Assembly (NCBI RefSeq): GCF_006345805.1 | Contig: NC_043010.1 | Span: 66,340,001 to 66,404,000, forward strand | Origin: Octopus sinensis | Lineage: Eukaryota | Length of the DNA: 64,000 bases | Reading direction: 5' to 3' | In this document: positions 1-12,860 of the stretch, piece by piece | Layout: each line of letters opens with the position of its first letter | Position numbering within the stretch: the stretch's first letter is position 1 | Notes under the pieces: model-generated | Databases searched by the model: none | What the model was told of the DNA's origin: nothing | Seen by the model: only the letters and a program-made list of their open reading frames with translations | Translations under genes and position numbers: made by a program

Positions 1-138
1 TATTATTATTTTTTTTCTTTTTACCAAAAACCCACGTTTTCGGATATGGAGATTCCGGAAAATTGCCAAAAATCGGAATATTGAAATTGCTCTCCACTTC
101 CCCATTCCCTCCAATTTCTTCATTTTTCTCTTTTCCCG

Positions 139-178
139 TAACCCTAACCCTAAAACTCGAACCCTTAACACCCTAACC
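139..178. repeat. Short degenerate (CCCTAA)n telomere-like motif inside a homopolymer-rich segment
   Basis: taaccctaaccctaa...cccttaacaccctaacc, only about 4 imperfect units. Confidence 0.4.
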
Positions 179-788
179 AGGAAAAGTTTGGGAAATTTTT
201 TTTAGACTCATAATCTCTAGTTTTCTGCATATTTTGACCAAAAAATTTCGGAAAAAAGTTAAAAACGAAGAATTTAGGGTGTTGGGGGTAATTTCAAAAT
301 GCTGATTTTTGCCAATTTTTTGGCAGATTCATATTCTCCATAGCCAAAAACGGGGATTTGTGTGAAAAAAAAAAAATATAAATTAGGGGTGTTTTTGAAG
401 GGGTACAAAAGGAAGTCTTGCTTCCTTTGTTACCAGTATAGGTATTGGGCCTCAATTTTTTTGTAGCCTGTTCATATTCTAGCAGCTACACTTGCAAAAC
501 ATCCTCCTCCACTGATAAATTCACTCACCTTGATTAATATAAGCTATCAACTACAGAATGGATTCTCCTGGGCATTCGAGAAAGTCTATTTGCCCTGTGC
601 TCTTAGTGTTTATTGCTCTTTTGTATATGAAGTTTATTGCCTGTGATACCACTGCACTCCTTGTATGTCCATTATTCCATATATATATATATATATATCT
701 GTGTACATACAGCTCTACATGGGTATGTGTATTTGTGTGTATGTACAGATGTTTACATCTATCAATCTATCTGTATATTGTGTGTGTG

Positions 789-835
<47 letters not shown>

Positions 836-990
836 CGTATATCTGAGCAAATTTTCATATTTTTGACAGTTTTGCAGTTTGCTTTGGCATAGTTTCTATG
901 GCTGAATGTCCTTCCTAATGCCAGCCACTTTATAGAGGGTACTGGGTGCCTTGTAAGGGTCACTAGCAGCAGTGATGCTTCATATACACT

Positions 991-1229
991 CTCTCTTTTA
1001 CTTGTTTCAGTCATTTGACTGCGGCCATGCTGGAGCACCACCTTTAGTCGAGCAAATCGACCCCGGGACTTATTCGTTTGTAAGCCCAGTACTTATTCTA
1101 TCGGTCTCTTTTTTCCGAACCGCTAAGTGACAGGGACGTAAACACACCAGCATCAGTTGTCAAGCATTGCTAGGGGGACAAACACAGACACACAAACATA
1201 TACACCCACAAACATATACACACACATAC

Positions 1230-1264
<35 letters not shown>

Positions 1265-1421
1265 CATATATACGACAGGCTTCTTTCAGTTTCCGTCTAC
1301 TAAATCCACTCACAAGGCATTGGTCGGCCCGGGGCTATAGCAGAAGTCACTTGCCCAAGATGCCACGCAGTGGGACTGAACCCGGAACCATGTGGTTGGT
1401 TAGCAAGCCACTCCTGCGCCT
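991..1421 (-). mobile_element. tRNA-derived SINE family A (head TGGCTGTGTGG, internal (TA/CA)n, tail GACTGAAACAAGTAAAAG)
   Basis: Near-identical copies at 48681-49112 (+), 62181-62647 (-) and 44765-45163 (-). B-box-like GGTTCAGTCCC present. Confidence 0.85.
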
Positions 1422-1494
1422 ATACCCAATTTTTCTCTCAACACATTTACATGTTGTCATACATGCGCACTGACATTGCACATCCAGCGGAGCA

Positions 1495-1910
1495 TGCTGG
1501 CTTCATTTTGCTTTTTTAGGCCTTTGTATATCTTCTGCAATCACAACCCACATTTTGCTACTATATAAAATAGCTGTTTGGACACGAGCATCATACAATC
1601 TGCCTTTCACTCTGAGGGAGAAACCCTTTGTTACCAACAAAGGTAATAGCTCTCTGAACTTTGCCCAACTGGTTCTAATTCTAGCAACCATGCTTTCAGA
1701 GCATCCTCCACTGCTAACCTGGCTGCTTAGGTAAAGGGAACTGTCTGCTACCTGTGAAGATGTTCCTTAGCATTGGAGGAAATCTATTTCCTGTGTATTC
1801 TTAGTGATTATAGTTTCTGCGCATCTGCAACTCAAAGGCTACTTTCTCTGTTAACCTTCCTGTGATTCCTCTTCACCTCTTTACATGTCTACAGCTTGCA
1901 CTGGGTACAC
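1495..1910 (-). mobile_element. Decayed RTE-clade LINE fragment (3' part of the ORF)
   Basis: Translation ...SSGGGCSESMVARIRTSWAKFRELLPLL...SLRVKGRLYDARVQTAILYSSKMW is typical of the post-RT region of RTE elements. Confidence 0.75.
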
Positions 1911-2049
1911 CATACAGAATTTCTACTTAGACCTTTTTTTCTTACTTATCTATCTGGGCTGTTTCCCTGAAGGGATTAATAATTTGTCTGCTTTCTTGCT
2001 TACTAGTATTTTGGTCTTTGATTCCAGTCCCTCTTTCTACACCTGAAAT

Positions 2050-2132
<83 letters not shown>

Positions 2133-2139
<7 letters not shown>

Positions 2140-2325
2140 GTGACCTCGTGTGTACCGTTGGTGATTTTTTTCCCTCTGTCTTTCCTTCTATGTTTCCGAC
2201 GAAGAGCTCCGCTCGAAACGTTAAACCCTCCTTCTTTCCTGAGCATCCAATAATACTATATTTGTTCCACGTCCTCGCGTTGTGTTTTTTTTCGTGCTTT
2301 CTTGTTTGGATTAACTATATATATA
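2133..2325 (+). mobile_element. Short Penelope-type (pseudo-LTR-like) element within (TA)n, carrying a minimal hammerhead-ribozyme motif
   Basis: GTTT-CCGACGA-A-GAGC tcc GCTC-GAAAC-GTT-AAAC at 2192-2226, flanked on both sides by (TA)n. Confidence 0.6.
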
Positions 2326-2360
2326 TATATATATTTGTGCAAGTACAAGCTTGTGTGAGG

Positions 2361-2415
<55 letters not shown>

Positions 2416-2699
2416 CACATACACACCCTCACACAAGCTTGTACATGCACAAATATATGTAGGTTACGTATCTATCTGTTGTTTCCACACTCTTCGCTTT
2501 TTGTGGCATTTATTGATTACAAAAACAGTTTGATTCCTATATCCACCTTGGTAGAAAGTGTTCTGGATGATTGGGATGTGGTAGGTCTTAGCAGTGAACT
2601 TCAAGCAGAGACTGTATGGAGGCTTTGTTCAGGAGGAGGCTTTTAGAGTGGAATGTGTGCATGCATGGTAGTTTAGTACCAGTAAGAAGTTCAGCAAGG

Positions 2700-3270
2700 T
2701 TGCCCTGTTTCTATGCTGAGAAGTTGATGCAGAAGTCAGTGGATAAGCTTGACTGGATTGGAGTTAAGAGTCAGCTTTCAGCAATTTAATAACCTTCGTT
2801 ATGCTAATAACATCATGCTGATAGCTAGTTTTGTGGTTGAACTCAAGAATCTGATCGACAATAGCAATATAAATGTGAGTACATTTTGTACCAAAAGCCA
2901 ATATGAGAGTTTCTCTCGTGGTATCTACAGCTGTATAGTTTGTTCTAACGGAACATCTGCACTTAAGTGGGGATAAATATTACCTCTCTGTATTAATACT
3001 GCCTCTATCACTAATATATATTGATTGACAAAAATCAGAGTAGTTTACCATATGATGCTAAAGGAGCATGCTTGTCTATGGTTACAAGTTTGACCAAAGA
3101 GCAAACTGCAGCCAGAAATCGGTGCTAGGCTAGCTCAGGGTTCACTCAATACAACTGCAAAAGGATTGAACTGAAAATTCTGAAAACCCCAGTCTTTCCT
3201 GTAGCATTGCATGACTGTGAAGCATGGACCTTCAGGAAAGTTGACACCAAGTGACTGAGGGTGTTTGAGA
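2700..3270 (+). mobile_element. Decayed RTE/BovB-like LINE reverse-transcriptase fragment
   Basis: NNLRYANNIMLIA (degenerate YADD) and LKILKTPVFPVALHDCEAWTFRK, with stops and frameshifts. Confidence 0.65.
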
Positions 3271-4024
3271 CTGTGTCAGCTTGCCTGTAAAACAAATGAT
3301 TCCATCTCAGACACAATGGGAACAGCATTTGTTGGTGACAATGGTCAGATAGTGGGCACTAGCACAGGTGAGGTCAGTTTTGGCATGGTTTTTACAGCTG
3401 GATACCTTTCCAAATGCCAACCACTTTACAATGTGGGCTGGATGCTTTTTACATGGCACCAACACATATATAGGCACATACATACATGGAATATCTTTTG
3501 TATGTGTGACTCCTTAATTCTGTCTTTTGCATGAAAAAGAAAAAAAAAATGCACTGAGCTTTGAATTTGATTGTTGACAATTTCCTGTCAACAAATATTG
3601 TTTTCTAGATCTGCCCATTCAAAGATGTGTTGAATGAAAAGTCCCTTGTTTAAAAACAGAAAGCACCAGTGACTCAATATGTATATGACTAACCTATACT
3701 AGTATGGAGAAACATGAATATACATGCGGATGAATATTTGTACACAAATGCATAAAAATATATTCCATTTTTTTTCTATGTATGCATATCATTGAGTATA
3801 TATTGTATCTTGTGTCTATGTGTGCGTGTTTGTCCCCTGCCATTGCTTGGCAACCGATGCTGGTGTGTTTTGTCCCTGTAACTTAGCAGTTTGGCAAAAG
3901 AGACCAATAAAATAAGTATCGGGCTTACAAAGAATGTCTTGGGGGGTGATTTGTTCAACTAAAACTCAAGGTAGTGCTCCAGCATGGCTGCAGTTAAATG
4001 ACTGAAACAAATAAAAAAATATAT

Positions 4025-4935
4025 CTTTTTATCTTTTACTTGCTTCAGTCATTTGACTGTGGCCATGCTGGGGCACTGCTTTGAAGAGTTTTTAGTCTAG
4101 TGTATCAATCCCAGTACTTGTTTTTTTTTTTAATAAGCCTGGTACTCATTATATCAGTCTCTCTTGCCAAACCACTAAGTTACAGGGATATAAACACACC
4201 AACACTGGTTGTCAGGTGGTGGTGTGAAAATGAACACATACAGTAAGACACACACATACATACACATATCTATATATATAAAACTCTAGTTGTGTGAGTG
4301 TCTGTCCCCTTCGATTTAGATTCCTAACTCCTCCCACATTTTGCGGTGCAGTTTAACCAAATTCGGGTATCTTATAGTCGTGATTCATATCGAGCCCGTC
4401 TGACTATTAGCGCGCGTCAACGATGAGTCTACGATTTTAAAAATAATTTAACATCATTTTTTATTCCATTTTAATACATAAAATGCATCGTGTGTCGATG
4501 GCGGTGGAGTTGGCGTCCACGCTCACAGCTGCACCTGTTTGCTTCTCCCCCTTCCCTCCCTCGTGAAGCTGTGGGGAAGGGAGTGTAAAGAAATCAACGT
4601 CGTAATGCGTTGTGAAGGAAACCAGCGTTCTTTTAGAACGACGACTTCATGGCTTGAAGACACCAAAACAAAAATGGCTAAGAAAGCCCGAATTTATAAG
4701 GGAAGTAACTCTCTAAAAATGCTTATATAGTTATTTCCCTTACAAACCCGAGCAACGCCGGGCGATACTGCTAGTATACATATATATGATGAGCTTCTTT
4801 CAGTTTCCATCTTCCAAATCCTCTCTCAAGGCTTTGGTTGGCCTGAGGCTATAGTAGAAGACACTTGCCCAAGCCACGCAGTGTGACTGAACCTGGAACC
4901 ATTTGATTGGGAAACAAGTTTCTTACCACACAGTT
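4025..4935 (-). mobile_element. SINE family A copy split by a Helitron insertion
   Basis: Two halves (4025-4268 and 4775-4935) align collinearly with the 991-1421 copy. Confidence 0.75.
4269..4774 (+). mobile_element. Non-autonomous Helitron (506 bp)
   Basis: 5' TCTATATATATAAA. 3' hairpin cccg(a)gc-aac-gccggg at 4747-4762, then CTAG. Inserted between A and T with no TSD. Confidence 0.85.
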
Positions 4936-7900
4936 ACATACACACAAACACACACACACAACTTAGATAACTTAGATTAGTTTTGGCCATTATTAGCCCA
5001 GGCCATGACTAACATATCTGTGTGTGTGTTGTGTATTTAAAAGGTCAGAGAGTGACCATTGGTTTTGACCTTAAATCTCTTAGCTGTATAGGCAACTTGT
5101 GAAACTCCAATGGCCAAACACATAGCCTCTGAGTTTGTGCCTCTGGCCGTAACAGACAACCTTCTAAATATTACTACTCTGTTTTAAAGTGTTGTTCTTT
5201 GGATATATGAACTACTGGTCTATATATATTTATATAAACACATACACTCATATACATACTTACACATATGCATGTCCATACAAATATGAGGAAATTGATG
5301 GTCTCCATTAGCAAAAATAATACAGTGAGATTCATGAGTTTAGATGAATTCCTATGCTGTGGTGGTGAATTAAAATTTGAGATTTTGGGATTGCCTCTTC
5401 TGAACTTGAGGATGTTGAATAGTATTGAGATAAATGTAAGGCCAGTGGTGGAGATAGAGGGACAGAAGAAGAAAAAAAAAAAAAGCAATTAGTACTGAAA
5501 AACCTTTGGTGTGGGGCAAAGTTGAATGTGATTTTGTAGGAGTGTCAATGGTTCACCCTTTAATGTGTGTGGAAGTGTAGAAAATAATTGTATTGATATG
5601 CAAATAAAGGTCTTTGTGCACTAGTGACAAGAGTTAGCTTGTGTGCCAGGGAGAATAGGAATGATTATTTTATGAGCCTCTGTGCAGGTCAATGGGCAGT
5701 GCTGAAGCTGATTGTGGGATTTGGGATGGGACAGTGAGTGTTGTGAAGCCATAGTTAGGAAGGGTGAAGGAGGAGGCAATAAGTATCACTTGGGGGCATG
5801 TGTGACCATAATAAACTGGACATGGTGGTGAGTATATAAAAGAGATATTGTTTATACATTTTATTATGGAAATGGGAAGCAGTAGGAGTTGGATAACTCT
5901 TAGTATTTTCATAGTAATACTTCCATGCCCTCTCTCTCACTCCCTTTGTATGCATACAATATGCTTGGGTATTATGTGTGTTTATATGAAAAGAATAATA
6001 TTGGCTCAAACACAACATTCCAATATTTCACTCTTTATTTCTGGGCAAAATTCTTGCCAAACATTCACTGAGTTATTTATAATACAGGCGATAATTCCAG
6101 AATGGTGTGGAGTAAATGACATGACCGCAGAGTACCAAAAACACAAGTTACCTTCAAATAAAACAAAATACTTTGTCTTATCCTTAGTCGCCCACATTTA
6201 AAGATTAAATATTTTTTGGTTTAGCAAAAAAGGTAACTCAAAATCCATTCGTGTGTTAGTTGTTCTAAGTTTATTTGAAACAATAAAAATAATTTTTACT
6301 CCTCCAAAAGTCCATTAGTTGAAAGGTAGAACAGATGGTCTTGTCATTCTTTGAATATAATGCATGGTGCAGTTTACTGTTTAGCTAGCTCCTGTCAAAC
6401 CATCCAACCCATGCTAGCATTGAAAATGGATGTTAAATGATGATGATATATTTGTATACGTTCCTCTTTATGTATATATGCAGATATGTCTATCTGCATG
6501 TACACAAGTCAATGACCTCAAGATATAGAAACTGACTGCAATTAAAACTAGTTTCATGACTAATAAACTGTCATGCATTAACATTAGTAGTATTCACCAG
6601 GGCACAATGACATTTAGTTGTGTTGGATCTACAGATAGCCATATATACTCTGTGACAAGGCTTTATGAAAAAACAAAGGCTGCTTCCATCTAGGGTTTGA
6701 ATAGAAACAGTCCTGCCTGTTTCTCTCTCTCTCTCTCTCCAGCTGTCAGATCTTTGATGTTCTGCTAGGTTACAGATGTGAGGATCAAGCAGTGTCTGTC
6801 TACTTGCAGCTACACAGGCACCTAAAACAGAAGTAAAGACATTGGTAAAATTCCAATGGTGATAGGTAAATGGCAATGATGGCAAGGTATGATACTAGGT
6901 GTTTGTTTCTGTGATGACAAATACACAGAATAATGAAGATTTAAGTACTTCACTGTGTAGACTCTTGAACACTGTGCTAATGATAAACTGTTCTGGGCAG
7001 TTTCAGTCTAATAGAAGAGAGATTTCCAAACATGGAACTGAGCTTTAAATCATATTAGCACATTGGGCAAAATGTCAAGCAGTATTTTTCCATCTTTATG
7101 TTCTGAGTTCAAATTCTGCTGAGTCAGTTTTGCCTTTTGTGGGGTTGCTAAAATAAGTACCAGTTCTGAACTGCGGTTGATGTAATCGACTGAGTCCCTC
7201 CTGCTGGAATTTTAGGCCTTGTGCCTATAGTAGAAAGGATATTACTCTGTCAAAAGTACTGTTTATTTAATCACACTGTTTTGACTTAACCATGCATTAC
7301 CTCATAGCTTTGAGATTTCAGTGATGTGATTGTTTATTTTTAGAATGACATTGTAGGGTATGTGTGAAAGGCTAGATAAGGGGCCAGTTTAAATGCTAAA
7401 TAAAGGGTTAAACTCCAGTGAACAATTCCTACTAGAACTCTGCACCAAATATGATGCGGCTGTGACAAACATATTTCTTTTAGCTCTGGAAAAGTAATCT
7501 TTCAGCTGGCATCATTTGCAGTTTCAGTGATTGCATCTCCTGGACTCTGTACATAACTTCAAGGATAACATTGCAGAAAGAAACTATGCAGACGCCATGA
7601 AAGGGCTGACAACCTTACTTATCATATATTGATACATTCCACTTGTAATTTGTCTGAGAATGAAGTGCAAGAAAGTTGGCAGGATTGTGCCAGAGGAGAC
7701 TGGATGTCAGCTAACAGCAGCAACTGTTACTTGCAGATAAAAAATGTTGCCCGACACTGCACCAGTTGACATTGCAGCAGTCAGTGTTTGCTTGCCTGCA
7801 ATTGCATTGCACAGTCTACAATGCAGCTGCTGTTTCAGTCAGCTTCTCCCACCCCCACATCCGTGCATGCTTATTTGTTTGTTGAAAATGTGAAAAACTC

Positions 7901-8099
7901 AACAGTTGTTATGTGAAAAATGAAAGAACCATTAAACTGCTCTAAATGAATGAGGTACTCTTGAGGTACAATGAGGCAGATATCATTAGCTGGCTCAAGA
8001 TGTGAATGCCTGTGTTTAAGATGTGTTAATGTCATAGAGGCAGTCATAGACACATGCATTACACACACATATATAAATGTATGTATATATACGATATGA

Positions 8100-8130
<31 letters not shown>

Positions 8131-8285
8131 ATTTACATCCTCTTTACTGAGTTAAGTACTCCCATTTGTTACTACCAACTTGTGTGTATGTATGTGTGTG
8201 TGTATATATATATATATATATTGATAAAAACGGTAAGATAACAAAAGAAAGAAAGAGACCTCGATATTATGTAAATAGAGGAATT

Positions 8286-8489
8286 TATCTGTAAATGTAA
8301 TATGTGACAATTATTCGGTAGCCAAGATAAAACTCCGAGTTTCGGATGCCGAGATGGAAATTCATGCCGCCATCTCTTCAGTTATCTGGATAACTGAAGA
8401 GATTGTGGTATGGATTTCCACCCTGACATCCGAAACTCGGAGTTTTATCATAGCTACTGAATAAGTGTCACATATTACATTTACAGATA
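8286..8489. repeat. About 200-bp imperfect fold-back palindrome with a hammerhead-like core in each arm
   Basis: Arms are reverse complements around GTTATC-tg-GATAAC (8381-8394). Each reads GATAA-CTGAAGA...GAAAC-TCGGA-GTT-TTATC. Confidence 0.75.
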
Positions 8490-10914
8490 TACGTGTGTGT
8501 GATAAACAACTATTGTAATTTTATTTTAGCATTCTGATTACTGTGTCAAATGTAAAACTTATTTATTCACATTGTTTTGAATTAATCCTGCATTGTTTTG
8601 TAGCTTCGAGATTTCAATGAAATGATTGTATATTTTCAGAATGACATTGTAGGGTAGGTGTGAAAGGCTGAGTCTGTCTGGTTTGAGCATAAAACAATTA
8701 GAATATTTTGGTTGGATAATCCTCATCATCATCATCATTTAGCATCCATTTTCCATGCCAGCATGGACTGGATAGTTTGACTGGAGCTGGTAGGACCAGG
8801 GTCCGCATGAGGTGCTGTTATCTGTTCTTGTATGGCTTCTACAGCTGGATGCCCTTCCTAACACCAACCATTCCACAGTGTATGGGATGCTTTTTAATGT
8901 GGCACCAGCATGATATGGCTAGCTTAAATGGTAAAGGGTTAAAAGTTGATCTGATAAAAAGGGGCTCAGTATATTTAATATACTCTACTCTGACAGTTTC
9001 ATGTAATGGATACAATATAGTTTTTATGATAGCTAAGTCCCTCATAATGGTGAGAGTTCCACTGCTTTGTGACTTTAATCATTTAACATTCAGTTTATTC
9101 TATCAAATCTAATGCTTATTTATTCACATTGCTTTGCATTAATCATGAATTATCTTATAAGTTTGGGATTTGAATGATATGATTGTTTACTTTTAGAATA
9201 ATAATAATGTAGAGTGTAGGTGTGAGAAGCCAGATCTGGTCAGTTTGGACAAAAAACAAAAAAAAAACCGGATTGGGCTGGATATGGATGGTTTGAATGC
9301 CAAAGGGTTAATATTGCGGTAGGTACCAATTCTGATACTTGGTGTGGTGCAAACTGGCAAACAATGAATATCAATGGCCTGTACCTGCTGCCCTTTTATA
9401 ATAAATTTGACTCACCTCTGTCACAAACCCACTGTTCAAGCAACCAAATATGCCCTTAAAGGCAAGGACTGGCATTTGATTACACGGTCATCACAGATAG
9501 GGATTATAAAGATGTCCTTTATACTTTTCCAATACTGCAGTTTGAGAATATTGGGAAAATGACATCAAAACATCTGAGCTCCTGTTTGTATAAATATCAA
9601 GCCACTCAAGGTTTAGAATTGGAGACATGAGCTTTCAATATAATGTGCTTGTTTATTTTTAGAAGCACATTGTAGAGTAGGTGTGAGAGACCAGATATGG
9701 CTGGTTTAAATGTGGAAGGGTTAGAGTTATGAAAAAAAAAGAAAATGCAGTAAAGGACATTAAGATAGTCTGTATTGGAAGATTTGCAAAATGTCTATGG
9801 TTCTGTGCTTTGTTGCCTGACATAACTGCTGATGGAACAAAACTTCAACAAGAAAGGCATTTAGCTATGAAACATATTTGTCCAACCTGTGCAACAAATT
9901 AAGAATAGAAACTTCATATGCATCTAGGAATAAACAGCTAATGAGGGATTGCAGATCAAACTGTTGGTTATCGTGTAGATCTCGGTCTTTTATTTCCAAA
10001 GCTCTCAATAGTCTAAAAAATTTTAATCTTTGCTCATTCTTAAAACAAGCCTAGTCCAATAGCAGTTTGATTTATGTCAAGTATATAAACTTGATATTGT
10101 GCCTAATCTAAACCTTTATTTTATTTTGTTTTGTGTTAAACCCCCCCCACCCTCCACCACAGCTTCAATTATTGGTTAATTAACTATTGTCTTATCAAAC
10201 ATTGGTGTATGCCAATATCCCGTCAAACTAAGGTATTTTATGTGTAATTTAATATTTGAAACAAACAAGCAACCTGTACCGCCACTGTTTTCTTAATAGG
10301 CATACTTTTCCGTCCTTTTCTAATTAGAGGTTATTTAGTGCAGAAGTTCATTATTATTTGCTTATCTACTTCCCTTCCAGGAAGAAGGTGTAAGACAGCA
10401 ATCACATACACACATGCATGTGTAAGTCCACACACACATACACACACAAAGTTTGTACTGATTTAGAAATAAATTGCCATTCACAAAATTACAACTGAGG
10501 CATCTACCTTTGTGTGTTGGTGTGTGTAGAGTATATATGATGAATTCTTGTTGATTTCTTCTAGTTGCTCTGAAAAAAAAAATAACCAACCTACTCATTG
10601 AATTGGCATGTTTAGTGGCTGAGTAAAGCAGATTCAGCTTGATGTTGTATGACAAGACGGCACCTTTGAATTAACAGGAACAATCTGTCCAATAGGTTTC
10701 ATCTCCCCGATTTCACTTATAAAGCTTGGATTAATCCCAAGGCTGTGGTAAAGACACAGAGCCAAGATGTCACACATTGGGACCAAATGGTTGCAAAGCA
10801 AACTTAAAATCGTTTAATCATTCCTGCATCCACGATGGGGTCTGTGTGCATGTGTATGTGTGTATGGCCACTGAATCACAATTCATGTTATCTGTTGGTG
10901 TTTCAGCTCCTTTC

Positions 10915-10955
<41 letters not shown>

Positions 10956-10958
<3 letters not shown>

Positions 10959-11190
10959 CTTTACTGCCCACAAAGGGCTAAACATAGAAGGGGACAAACA
11001 AGGACAGACAAAGGGATTAAGTTGATTACATCGACCCCAGTGCGTAACTGGTACTTTATTTATCGACCCCCCCGAAAGGATGAAAGGCAAAGTCGACCCC
11101 GGTGGAATTTGAACTCAGAACGTAACGGCAGACGAAATACGGCTATGCATTTTGCCCGGCGTGCTAACGTTTCTGCCAGCTCACCGCCTT
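10956..11190 (-). mobile_element. tRNA-derived SINE family B (head GAGCTGGCAGAAACG, B box GTTCAAATTCC, tail CCCCTTGTGGGCAATAAAGAAA)
   Basis: Near-identical + strand copies at 19989-20222, 25282-25510, 30822-31052, 43797-44031 and 52099-52330. Confidence 0.85.
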
Positions 11191-12589
11191 ATTTTTATAT
11201 ATATACTCCCCACACTTTAGGTTTGTTATTAAAGGGACAAAGGCTGTGAGCTGGCAGAATTGTAGTCATCATTATTTAATGTCTGTGTTCCATGCTGGCA
11301 TGTATTGGGTGGTTTGACAGGATCTGATGTGTTCAAGGACTGCATCAAGCTCCAATGTCTGCTTTGGCATGGTTTTAACAGCTAGATGCCCTTCTAATGT
11401 CCACCACTTTACAGTGTGGGCTGGGTGCTTTTGTTTTTATTTTTTTGTGCCACCTGCACTGTTGAGGTCACCATGTAGTTGCAGGACTATGAACCTTGGG
11501 AAGATGGGAATGGGTGGGTCCAGTTTCATGCTAGGAGATGAGAGAATTACTGAGGATCGTGATGGTGGCAGTGCAGGTTCCTGCAGAGGGATCTGCCTGG
11601 CTACTCACATCTAGTAAGGGAGAACATTTTAAAACTAATTCTTGAACTTATATAAAGACAGAAGCAATGTTTCAGTGAAAATTAACATTTTTGAAACTTG
11701 ATTTCTGATTCTTTATATTCTGGGCTCAAACCCTACTGAGGTTAAACTTTGCCTTTCGTTTTTTAAGTACTGGTTGAGTACTGGAGTTGATGAAATTGAC
11801 TCCCCCTCTCAAATTACAGGTTTTTTGCCTTTATTAGAAACACTTGCTGTTGAGTAGTGAGCCAGCATCACACACAACGTTGAGTGGTATTTCTTCTGGC
11901 TTGTTACAACAAGGTTAGCTTTTGCCTTTCCTCCTTCCAGGACCATTGAATAAAGTACCAGTCAAATACTGGGGTTTATGGAATCAATTAAACAGCTCCC
12001 TTCAAAATTGCTGACTTTGTGCCTACATCAGAAACCACTATTAAAGGGACAAAAAGATGCAATGTGTAAGATGGAAAAAGCTTAATACTGGAAAACATTG
12101 ACGAATTTGCAATTTTTAAACAATTTTGAACAGTATCTGCTAAAATATTGACAGTTTGCACCTTAATTAGATTAAACGGACCAACTGAGTCAATTGGGAG
12201 CTTGTATATGATACTCTGCTGAGGATTAGACTTAGCCCTTGTCAAGACAGAAGGGGACATTATAATGGAATGATACTGTAGAGAAAGAGAAGCCTAGATG
12301 TTAAGAGGTAGGGCTTGAAAGACTGGGGAAAAAAGGGGACAGCGGAGGGAAATTCCAAATAGCAAGAAGAGAAACAAGGTATTTGGTATACTTAAAAAGA
12401 AAGAAGCAGAAAGTGAGAGGTTTGCACATGTTCTGTTATATAAGGACTGAAAGTACAAGGTGTTTTGGATTGCAAGGTAGTGTGTTACAACCAAGCCATT
12501 CTTTAGGAGGAGTGTATTTGGAATGGTAACCACCACACTTTCCCTTACTGGTACGAAAAAGGAAGCAGGCATAGAAATACTATGGCTGT

Positions 12590-12860
12590 TGAATAAGAGG
12601 AATGCGTGGAAAAGAGAGGTCCTATACCAAGTAGACCCGTCAAAGAGATTAGTTATTCAAGTCGCAGTAATGTAGCTGAAAGAGCAATTAATGATATGAA
12701 GGCAGGAAAAGTGAATGGACAGCCAGAGATAATTGCTGCATTGCTGAAAAAAATCTGGCCAACTAGGTCATGTTCTAGTTACTACTTGCTTAATTAATCA
12801 GGTAGTTTAAGGAAATGCCATGGCTTGTGAGCCATGTATGCAAGGCATGTATGAAGGTGC
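12590..12860 (+). mobile_element. Decayed LINE (RTE-like) RT N-terminal fragment
   Basis: AERAINDMKAGKVNGQPEIIAALLKK resembles the 'AIKxMKxGKAxGPxxIxAEMLK' motif. Confidence 0.5.

Noticed and set aside
139-178. Telomere or chromosome end
   Set aside because: Only a few degenerate CCCTAA units inside other sequence. More likely part of a repeat or low-quality consensus.
5670-5912. Possible LINE endonuclease remnant (IYSPP)
   Set aside because: A single short motif with no other APE motifs, too weak to call.
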